From: an uncultured Alphaproteobacteria bacterium
GTDB lineage: Bacteria > Pseudomonadota > Alphaproteobacteria > Rs-D84 > CACZYB01
DNA length: 32,000 nt
Direction: 5' to 3'
Assembly (NCBI GenBank): GCA_934246625.1
Contig: CAKQHZ010000001.1
Coordinates: forward strand, 120,001 to 152,000
The position numbers and the translations under genes were made by a program. Below the pieces are notes generated by a model that saw only the letters and a program-made list of their open reading frames with translations, made no database searches and was not told the DNA's origin. Each line of letters begins with the position of its first letter. Within the stretch, counting starts at the first letter, position 1. Positions 9,636 to 18,292 of this stretch are shown here, one piece after another.

Positions 9636-10556
9636 ATGACAATATATGTTATGGGACATAAAAATCCAGATACAGATACAATAGTTGCAAGTATTGCTTG
9701 TGCTGAACTTTTAAAGGCTCGTGGACTTGATGTAAAGGCTTGCAAACAAGGCGAACTTAATCCAGAATCTCAATTCGTGATTGATACTTTCAAACTTAAT
9801 GACCTTGAAATGATTGAAAGTGTTGAAGGCAAAGATATTGCGATTGTTGATACAACTGAACCTACACAACTTCCTGATGATATTGAAAAAGCAAACATTA
9901 TGTTTGTTGCAGACCACCACAAACTTAGTGGCATTAAAACTACTACTCCTCTTGAAATGTATGTGCAACCTGTGGGTTCTGCTTGCACTGTGCTTTCAAA
10001 TATTTTTGAGTTTGAAGGAGCAAAAATTCCATCTGGTGTGGCTGGTGCAATGATGTGTGCTATTTTATCAGACACCGTTTTATTCAAATCTCCAACAACA
10101 ACAGAATGGGATAAAAAGGCAGTTGAAAAATTAGCAAAGATTGCAGGCATAGAAAAACCTTTGGAACTTGGACTTGAAATGTTAAAGGTTAAATCATCTA
10201 TTGAAAATGATAGTGCAAATGATTTAATCAATCGAGATTTCAAAGAATTTAATATTAAAGGTAAAAAATTTGGTATCGGTCAAATTGAACTTATTGATGG
10301 TTCTATGGCAAAAACAAAAAAGCCTCTTATCCTTGAAGAAATGAAAAAAATTCAACAAGAAAAGGGTTTCAATTCTATCCTTATTTTGATTACAGATATT
10401 ATGAAGGAAGGTTCTGAAATGTTGGTTGTTTCTGATGATATAGAATCAATCGAAAAAGTATTTGGAATCAAATGTGATGAAGAACATTGTGCTTGGATTG
10501 ATGGAATGATGAGCCGAAAGAAACAAGTTATTCCACCACTTGAAACAAAACTTTAA
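9636..10556 (+). CDS. ppaC: manganese-dependent inorganic pyrophosphatase (family II, DHH)
   Basis: N-terminal GHKNPDTDT, VDTTEP, DHHKL, and length of about 306 aa are typical of family II PPases. Confidence 0.85.
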   Translation: MTIYVMGHKNPDTDTIVASIACAELLKARGLDVKACKQGELNPESQFVIDTFKLNDLEMIESVEGKDIAIVDTTEPTQLPDDIEKANIMFVADHHKLSGIKTTTPLEMYVQPVGSACTVLSNIFEFEGAKIPSGVAGAMMCAILSDTVLFKSPTTTEWDKKAVEKLAKIAGIEKPLELGLEMLKVKSSIENDSANDLINRDFKEFNIKGKKFGIGQIELIDGSMAKTKKPLILEEMKKIQQEKGFNSILILITDIMKEGSEMLVVSDDIESIEKVFGIKCDEEHCAWIDGMMSRKKQVIPPLETKL

Positions 10557-10566
10557 TCAAAAAAAG

Positions 10567-10593
10567 AAAACTCACCATTTGGTGAGTTTTTTT
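10567..10593 (+). terminator. intrinsic terminator after ppaC
   Basis: Hairpin aaaactcacc-attt-ggtgagtttt extended by a T run. Confidence 0.8.
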
Positions 10594-10609
10594 ATACATA
10601 AAAAATTTC

Positions 10610-10638
10610 TTGATAATTATTCAAAAAGAATATATCAT
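10610..10638 (+). promoter_or_regulatory. sigma70-like promoter candidate (TTGATA-17 nt-TATCAT)
   Basis: The hexamers and 17-nt spacer were read directly. The site lies just after the ppaC terminator and upstream of the structured block. AT-rich DNA produces such matches by chance. Confidence 0.35.
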
Positions 10639-10670
10639 AAAATTATGTTTAGGAATTTTTCTTAAACTAG

Positions 10671-10848
10671 CGTCCATAAATGGATGTGGGACTGTCGAAA
10701 GTCTTTTATACAGCTAGTGCATCGATGCACTTTAAGGTCATATCCCTGTTGTCGGGGAACCCTTGACGTATGTCCAGAGGATATGTTCGCATATTCTTAA
10801 AGGTCATGTGGAATTATCTAGCTGTATATAATTTTCGAACTTCCCCGT
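10671..10848 (+). ncRNA. candidate structured RNA (6S-like architecture or cis-regulatory leader), class unknown
   Basis: Locally G+C-enriched block inside the largest non-coding gap. It has nested helices, including a perfect 11-bp long-range pairing 10707-10717 with 10818-10828. G-U pairs favour the plus strand. See the findings. Confidence 0.45.
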
Positions 10849-10915
10849 CATTTATCTGATGCGAATGGGAAAAATAAATCTTGCAATTTATTGTAAGGTT
10901 AACAGGGGAAAGACT

Positions 10916-11326
10916 ATGAAAAAATCGATAATTTTATCGTGTGTTTTTTGCACGATTTTATCCGTAAGTAATCATACCTATGCAGGAAATTCGTCTGCTT
11001 TATCCGAAGTATTATCAAAATATTGTGTGCCAAAAGATAGCTCTATTTGTGGGTCAAAAAATATTGCCACATACAATACTCGTTTAAGTGCGTGTGAATG
11101 TGCTGTATTAGGTATGTATTACGATGTCAAAGAACGTAAATGTTTAAATTGTCCGATTGGCACTGTTGCATTTACAAAAACATCTACCAAATGTTCGAAT
11201 ATTCAATGTAAACCTGGATATGTTGGCAAACTTATTACAAATAATTGTCCAGCAGGATATATTAAAAAGGAAATTACAAAGAATAGCTGTCCTCGTGGCA
11301 CAACATTATGGAGCTTTCCAAAATAA
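10916..11326 (+). CDS. secreted cysteine-rich repeat protein (C-x2-C-P-x-G-T / C-[KP]-x-G-Y type repeats)
   Basis: The ATG at 10916 has a ggggaaag RBS and gives a signal peptide MKKSIILSCVFCTILSVSNHTYA. The mature part has 10 Cys, in motifs CLNCPIGT, CKPGY, CPAGY and CPRGT. The ORF-track start at 10859 is unlikely. Confidence 0.6.
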   Translation: MKKSIILSCVFCTILSVSNHTYAGNSSALSEVLSKYCVPKDSSICGSKNIATYNTRLSACECAVLGMYYDVKERKCLNCPIGTVAFTKTSTKCSNIQCKPGYVGKLITNNCPAGYIKKEITKNSCPRGTTLWSFPK

Positions 11327-11459
11327 TTGATTTATGGGGGAAAATTTTAACATAGTTTTATTTTCTCCCTCCCTTAAAATAACAAGCTAAAAACTTGTAG
11401 CGGTTCATTATGATGGTAAGTGAACCAAAAGTTAACACCATCAAAAAAGGAGTAAAAAT

Positions 11460-12320
11460 ATGGGAAATAAAAAGGCTATGAACCTTGCTTTTGCTATTGT
11501 AGGGGCAAGTTTATTTAATGTAGGCGAAGTTTCTGCGCAAACATTTTTCCAATGTATTGCTTGTGAAGCAGGAACATACGAATCAAATGGAAATTGTGCA
11601 AAATGCCCAAGTGGAACATTTTCTTCTGTAAGTGGAGCAAGCTCATCTTTGGTATGTCAACCTTGTCAAGCAGGACATTATTGTCCAGAAGGTGCACAAA
11701 TTGAATATTCTTGTCCAAAGGGCACCTATTCAGATAAAAACTATGCAACATCTTGTAAAAAATGTTCTAAAGGTTATTACAATGATAAAGTAGGTCAAAC
11801 AGCATGTCAACAATGCTTTGGAAATTACTATTCTAATGCAGAAGGAAGTGAAAGATGTCAATATTGGGATCCTAATGATTTTGGAATATTTTATGGAAAA
11901 GAAGATGGAAAGTATATAAGAGATAATAAAGGCTCAATTATTTATTCTGCTGAAATTCCTGAAGTAGATTGTGCAGGAATCTTTTGTAGAGATAAATACG
12001 ATAGTGGAATATGGTGCAAAAACGACTTTTTTGAGATAGACCCAGCATCACATGTAAGAAAAGTTTGTGGATTATCAATAGGTGGAGGTTCAGCTTGTAA
12101 GGTTAGGGCTGATAATAGTACTGCTGGTGGTTGTTGTCATAATATAGAATATGTAGTTGCAACTGAAGATACTCAAATACATATTGATGATGGATTTGCT
12201 TCACATTTATATGGATATAAAAAAATATGGGGAGATAGAGGAACATATTATATATATCCAGATGGACATATTGAAAAAAGAGATAAATATGCTGATGAAG
12301 CAAACGCAAATGCAAAATAA
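11460..12320 (+). CDS. secreted cysteine-rich protein with ephrin-receptor-like / GCC2_GCC3-type repeats
   Basis: AGGAG RBS. The signal peptide ends ...GEVSA. There are six consecutive C-x2-C-x2-G-x-[YF]-like units (CIACEAGTY, CAKCPSGTF, CQPCQAGHY, CPKGTY, CKKCSKGYY, CQQCFGNYY) and 20 Cys in total. Confidence 0.65.
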   Translation: MGNKKAMNLAFAIVGASLFNVGEVSAQTFFQCIACEAGTYESNGNCAKCPSGTFSSVSGASSSLVCQPCQAGHYCPEGAQIEYSCPKGTYSDKNYATSCKKCSKGYYNDKVGQTACQQCFGNYYSNAEGSERCQYWDPNDFGIFYGKEDGKYIRDNKGSIIYSAEIPEVDCAGIFCRDKYDSGIWCKNDFFEIDPASHVRKVCGLSIGGGSACKVRADNSTAGGCCHNIEYVVATEDTQIHIDDGFASHLYGYKKIWGDRGTYYIYPDGHIEKRDKYADEANANAK

Positions 12321-12358
12321 AAAAAAAATCCCTCAGTCAAAACTGGGGGATAATTTTT
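12321..12358. terminator. bidirectional intrinsic terminator shared by convergent genes
   Basis: An A run, then hairpin atccctcag-tcaaaa-ctgggggat (9 bp including one G-U), then a T-rich run. Confidence 0.75.
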
Positions 12359-12370
12359 ATAAAAAATAAC

Positions 12371-12550
12371 TTATTTGTTATCTTCTGAAATTGCAGATAC
12401 AGGACAATTTTCAGCACATGTTCCACAATTTACACATTTTTCAGGATCGATTTCATATCCGCCATCTTTGAATGATACAGCAGATTGTGGGCAAATTGCT
12501 TCACATTGACCACATGAAATACAAATACTTTTATCTATTTTATAAGCCAT
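12371..12550 (-). CDS. fdx: 2x[4Fe-4S] clostridial-type ferredoxin (59 aa), absent from the supplied ORF track
   Basis: Hand translation gives MAYKIDKSICISCGQCEAICPQSAVSFKDGGYEIDPEKCVNCGTCAENCPVSAISEDNK. It has two CxxCxxCxxxCP motifs and an AGGAG RBS 6 nt upstream. Confidence 0.9.
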   Translation of the reverse strand: MAYKIDKSICISCGQCEAICPQSAVSFKDGGYEIDPEKCVNCGTCAENCPVSAISEDNK

Positions 12551-12622
12551 TTTTTACTCCTTAGCTTGTTAATACATTTCAAAAGTTTATCATAACTTTT
12601 TATTCTTGCAAGTAATTTTTCC

Positions 12623-13357
12623 TTAATCTCGATTGTTTCCCATAATCCTTAAAATCGCAATGAAAACGTTTAAGAAATCAAGATATAAATTCAATGCACA
12701 AAAGGCTGCTATTTTATCAGCATTTTCACCCTTGCCTTCTGTTAATGTATAAATATCCTTTATTTGTTGAACTTCGTATGCAATAAGACCAGTGAAAATA
12801 ATTACTGTTAAATATGAAAACCAGATACCAACTCCACCTGTGAAAAGGCTGAAAATTGATACGATAACCAATCCCCAAAGTCCCATTGTCAAAATGCTTC
12901 CCATTTTAAGCAAATCTCGATTTGTTGTATAGCCATATAATGACATAGTTCCAAAAATTATACCTGTAAGTAAGAATGCTTGGAAAGCATTTCCAATTCC
13001 AGCACCAAGGACAATCAATGATAATGATGCTCCTTCTAAACCTGCGATACTAAACAATGCAATTTTTGTTCCTCTTGCAGATAAATTTTTTGAAAAACTC
13101 ATAAATAAAATTATTGCAAGTGGAGCCCACATAACGATAAGTCCAAGTGGAGAATAACCATACATTCCATTTTCCTTAACGGTTAAAAATAATCTTAATA
13201 AATCAGTTCTTATCATTAAATATGATACAAGTGCAGTAATACCCAAACTTGTCATCATATAATTGAAAACTTTTCGTGTGTATGCCTTTAACCCCTCGGT
13301 ATATTGTGATGAGATATTGACTGTTTGTGAGTATTCAAAATTTTTTGCTTTAGTCAT
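12623..13357 (-). CDS. BAX inhibitor-1/YccA family membrane protein
   Basis: About 7 hydrophobic spans and the family-typical C-terminal region (AL.LYLDFLN.F..LL...G). The second ATG (13357) follows an aaaggga RBS. The ORF track starts at 13372. Confidence 0.75.
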   Translation of the reverse strand: MTKAKNFEYSQTVNISSQYTEGLKAYTRKVFNYMMTSLGITALVSYLMIRTDLLRLFLTVKENGMYGYSPLGLIVMWAPLAIILFMSFSKNLSARGTKIALFSIAGLEGASLSLIVLGAGIGNAFQAFLLTGIIFGTMSLYGYTTNRDLLKMGSILTMGLWGLVIVSIFSLFTGGVGIWFSYLTVIIFTGLIAYEVQQIKDIYTLTEGKGENADKIAAFCALNLYLDFLNVFIAILRIMGNNRD

Positions 13358-13520
13358 TTCTGTCCCTTTCATTGTTAGTCTATATATAAATATATATGTA
13401 TATTTTTTTTGAAAATCAAGTTAAAATGATTTAACTGTTTGAAAAGAGTCTATTTTTTAAAAATCAAGGAAAAAATTTTTAAAAATTCCTATTTTGCCCC
13501 TTTTTTTCAATCCTTTTTTA

Positions 13521-14642
<1,122 letters not shown>

Positions 14643-14651
14643 GAGAGCACT

Positions 14652-15272
14652 ATGAGTGATAAAATAAAACTTACAAAAGAAGAAACTTTAAATCTTACTT
14701 TTATAAAACACAATGATATTATCAAAATAATAAAAGATGCTCAATACTTATGTGATAAATTTTATTACGATAAAGAAATTGCAACTTTACAACCTGTTTT
14801 ACCCCCTATGTCTAATCCTATTGAAGAAGTAAATCAATTACAAGACACCATTGATTTTGTTTTAAATAAATATGGTGAAAATAAATGGCAAGTTTCTTCT
14901 GAACTTTCAGATGATGCAAAAAATAAAAATTACTATCTATATAATATGTTGTTTGGAATTAGGCAAGCTCTTCACAATGCAAAAGGATATGCCCTATCCA
15001 ACTCTAAATTCAAAGATAAGTATCAACGTTGGGAACAAGCATATTATAAAAATCGAGAAGAACGACCTTTCTTTTATGCAAAACAAAAACTTGAAAACAA
15101 GATAAAGGAAGATGCTGGCTGGGTGCCAATGTATTATAATGGAAAACTAGAATATGAATATTATACAAATTATAATGGACATTATATTTCCTTAGATAAA
15201 ATAGAACAAGCAGATGATAAGGAAGCCCTTTCTATAAAAGCAGTAAAAGAAAAAATTGCTCGTGCATATTAA
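14652..15272 (+). CDS. hypothetical protein (206 aa), tightly coupled to the methyltransferase gene
   Basis: The aggaga RBS overlaps the ccrM stop and the gap is 9 nt. No family motif recognised. Confidence 0.5.
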   Translation: MSDKIKLTKEETLNLTFIKHNDIIKIIKDAQYLCDKFYYDKEIATLQPVLPPMSNPIEEVNQLQDTIDFVLNKYGENKWQVSSELSDDAKNKNYYLYNMLFGIRQALHNAKGYALSNSKFKDKYQRWEQAYYKNREERPFFYAKQKLENKIKEDAGWVPMYYNGKLEYEYYTNYNGHYISLDKIEQADDKEALSIKAVKEKIARAY

Positions 15273-15303
15273 AAAATCCCCCAATTTGGGGGACTTTTTT
15301 TAG
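15271..15303. terminator. bidirectional intrinsic terminator
   Basis: An A run, then hairpin tccccc-aattt-ggggga, then a T run, lying between convergent genes. Confidence 0.8.
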
Positions 15304-15304
15304 T

Positions 15305-15505
15305 TTAAACAAGTTTTAGATTTTCAGCAGCTTCTTTGCCATTTTTGGCAACTACTTCAAATTCAACTCTTGACCCTTCGTTCAAATAAATGCCTGCTTC
15401 TTTCACGGCTGTAATGTGAACAAATACATCCTTTGAACCATCATCAGGTTCAATAAAGCCATAACCTTTTTTTGAATTAAACCATTTAACTGTACCTTTA
15501 CTCAT
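15305..15505 (-). CDS. cspA: cold-shock protein, CspA family
   Basis: 66 aa. GTVKWFN..KGYGFI (RNP1) and DVFVH (RNP2) motifs. Confidence 0.92.
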   Translation of the reverse strand: MSKGTVKWFNSKKGYGFIEPDDGSKDVFVHITAVKEAGIYLNEGSRVEFEVVAKNGKEAAENLKLV

Positions 15506-15695
15506 AGAAATATCCTTTTATTTTATTGTTTATATTTATTGAAAATATGATGGAAGTGAAAAGCAAATAAGGCATTTTGTTAGTTCTTAACAAAGGATTT
15601 AAAAACCTTTACCTGAACCATATTAACGTTTTTATTATAATTGATTAAACATAATAACTCAAGATATATTTAGCAGAAGAAAATCCTATAAAAAA

Positions 15696-16787
15696 ATGGT
15701 TGATATATATTCAATTTTCAAGCATAATATCCTTATTATGGAACAAAATTTATGTAAATATTTCAATATTTGTGGTGGATGTCAAATTCAGGGACTTAGG
15801 GTTGAAGAATATAAAAATAAAAAACTTTCAACACTTAAATCTATATTTGAAAAGGCAAATCTTTCCATCGAAAAAATAAATGACATTATAACTTTGCCTG
15901 TTGGAATAAGACGCCGTGCAAACCTTAAAATTGATTTTGGGTGCAATGTCGGTTTTTATAAACACGCTTCAAACGATGTTGTTTCAATAAAATATTGTCA
16001 AATGCTTTGCGATGAAATCAATAATGTGTTGAAATATCTTCCTATTATATTTAAAACTTTTGTAAAACGAAGTGATGGAAGTATTTTTATTACAAAGGTT
16101 GAAAATGGATTAACATTTCATTTTGAAAATATAAATATTACTCCTTTGGATTTGCCTAAATTAAAAGCATTTGCACAAAAATTCAATATTATTCAAATTT
16201 CTAGTGGAAAAGAAATATTATATGAAAGCGAAGTTCCATTTATTATATTTAATAATGTAAAAATTACCTATCCTATCAACACATTCCTTCAACCAAGTAA
16301 AAATGGTGAAGAGTGTATTGTAAATATGTTAAAGCAATTTGTCGGAACAACAAACATAACCAAAGTTGCAGATATTTTTTGTGGGTTGGGATTATTTTCT
16401 TTTTACCTTAAGGATATTGCAAATGAAATTTTTGCCGTTGATTGTAATGAAGAGGCAATAAAACAAATAAATAAAATTGCAAGACAACACAATTTTAATA
16501 TAAAGGCAAAAAATGCTGATTTGTTTTCTCATCCAATACGAAGTGAAAAATTAAATGATTTTGATTTGTTGGTATTGGACCCTCCTCGTGATGGTGCAGA
16601 AAAACAAGTAAAGGAAATTGCATCATCAGATGTAAAACATATTATTTATGTATCCTGCAATCCAATTACATTCGCAAGAGATGCAAAAATTTTAATTGAT
16701 GCAGGATTTAAAATCAAAAATATACAACCAATAGACCAATTTACATATACAAACCATCTTGAACTTATCGCTGATATATATAAGTAA
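15696..16787 (+). CDS. RNA (uracil-5-)-methyltransferase, RumA/TrmA family (no TRAM domain)
   Basis: N-terminal Cys cluster CKYFNICGGCQ plus a later C, the DPPRDG AdoMet motif and the catalytic SCNP motif. The true start may be the ATG at 15738. Confidence 0.8.
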   Translation: MVDIYSIFKHNILIMEQNLCKYFNICGGCQIQGLRVEEYKNKKLSTLKSIFEKANLSIEKINDIITLPVGIRRRANLKIDFGCNVGFYKHASNDVVSIKYCQMLCDEINNVLKYLPIIFKTFVKRSDGSIFITKVENGLTFHFENINITPLDLPKLKAFAQKFNIIQISSGKEILYESEVPFIIFNNVKITYPINTFLQPSKNGEECIVNMLKQFVGTTNITKVADIFCGLGLFSFYLKDIANEIFAVDCNEEAIKQINKIARQHNFNIKAKNADLFSHPIRSEKLNDFDLLVLDPPRDGAEKQVKEIASSDVKHIIYVSCNPITFARDAKILIDAGFKIKNIQPIDQFTYTNHLELIADIYK

Positions 16788-18167
16788 TTATTCCTTATGT
16801 ACTTTTATCAAACGGTTAATACGTTTCATTTGGAAGTATAACAAACTTACCGCCAAAACCATTGCCAAGAAATCTGTTAATGGACTTACATAAAGGACAC
16901 CTTTTAATCCCCAAATTTTAGGCAAAAAGTATATGGCAGGAATAAAGAATACTGTGAATTTTGCCAATGCAGATATTGTTGCAAGCCATGGTTTTCCCAT
17001 CGCACGGAAAAAGTTTGTTATCACAATTTGTATTGAAAGGAATATTGCTGATGATATTGTTATACGCAATGTAAAGTTTGCAAAGTCGTTATAAAGGACA
17101 TCACTTTCCTTTCCAAACATATTTATAAATATTTCTGGATAACTTTCCATAATTGCAAAAGTTATACATGCAAATGTAAATGCAATTCCCACAGAATAGA
17201 TAAATGCTTGCTTTACTCGTTTATATAAACCTGCTCCACAATTAAAACCAACTATTGGTTGAAGTCCAATTCCTATACCAAACAAAATTGACATAAAGAT
17301 TTGATTGATTTTTGATGCAATACCTTGGGCTGCCAATGGAATTTCACTTCCATAAATTGAATTTGCACCATAATATCTTAGGTTATTGTTATAGGCAATT
17401 ACGACAAATGTAATTGCAGATTGAATTATAAAATTTGAAATACCAAAAGTAATAATTTTTTTTGCAACAGATGCCTTATATTTCAAAAGTCGCATACGGA
17501 ATTTGATACATCTAAACCTTGGAATATAAGCAACAGAAATTAAAAATGCAACCATTTCACCAATGATTGTTGCCCATGCGGCACCTTCCATTCCCCAATT
17601 CAATGGATATATAAAAATATAATCCAAAACTATATTTAAAAAGGCACCAACTAACATTGAAATCATTGCATACTTTGGACTTCCATCAGCACGAATAAGT
17701 GAGTTTATTCCCATACCAATAAGTGTAAATGGCATACCAATTAAAAGTATTCCTGTATATGCTTTTGCATAAGGATAAAGTGTATCTGTAGCACCAACAA
17801 AATACAAAATAGGTTTGAAAAATATCAATGTGATAGCGGTCAAAACCAATGAAGATACAACCAAAAGGTAAATCACATTTCCGATAATTCGTTCGGCTTG
17901 TTTGTTATGACCTGCTCCTAATTTAATACTTAAATATGCGGCACCACCTTCGGCAATACAACTTGCTATTGCCATACCCAAAATCACTATTGGAAATATT
18001 ATTGAGGTTGCGGCATTGCCAAGCATACCAACCTTTTGCCCAATAAAAATTTGGTCAACAATGTTATACAAAGAATTTACAATTAACGCAATGATTGATG
18101 GTAATGCAAATTTTAAAATTAAACTAGGGATACTCTTTGTTCCAAGAATATTTTTTTCTACAGTCAT
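16788..18167 (-). CDS. MATE family efflux transporter
   Basis: 459 aa, about 12 hydrophobic spans, N-terminal P..I......Y.IVDQIFIG signature. Confidence 0.85.
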   Translation of the reverse strand: MTVEKNILGTKSIPSLILKFALPSIIALIVNSLYNIVDQIFIGQKVGMLGNAATSIIFPIVILGMAIASCIAEGGAAYLSIKLGAGHNKQAERIIGNVIYLLVVSSLVLTAITLIFFKPILYFVGATDTLYPYAKAYTGILLIGMPFTLIGMGINSLIRADGSPKYAMISMLVGAFLNIVLDYIFIYPLNWGMEGAAWATIIGEMVAFLISVAYIPRFRCIKFRMRLLKYKASVAKKIITFGISNFIIQSAITFVVIAYNNNLRYYGANSIYGSEIPLAAQGIASKINQIFMSILFGIGIGLQPIVGFNCGAGLYKRVKQAFIYSVGIAFTFACITFAIMESYPEIFINMFGKESDVLYNDFANFTLRITISSAIFLSIQIVITNFFRAMGKPWLATISALAKFTVFFIPAIYFLPKIWGLKGVLYVSPLTDFLAMVLAVSLLYFQMKRINRLIKVHKE

Positions 18168-18292
18168 TTATCTATACTCCATTTCTTAAGTGTTAATGAA
18201 TTGTAGTGAGATTCTTTTTTAATTCAAGGGAAAAATATAAAAAAAATACCTATATACAAGTATATAAGTATTTATATTGTATGAAAAATTTT

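Noticed and set aside
10671-10848. Identification of the structured block as RNase P RNA, SRP (4.5S) RNA, tmRNA, a cobalamin riboswitch or a T-box.
   Set aside because: It lacks the hallmark conserved strings: GAGGAAAGUCC for RNase P, the GGAAGCAG domain IV loop for SRP, a tRNA-like end and tag ORF for tmRNA, a B12 box, and the T-box sequence. It is also too short for RNase P or tmRNA.
13423-13438. A CtrA-box-like sequence, ttaa-aatgat-ttaac, upstream of the ccrM-like gene.
   Set aside because: The spacer is 6 nt, not the 7 nt of the TTAA-N7-TTAAC consensus, and such AT-only motifs are expected by chance in this composition.
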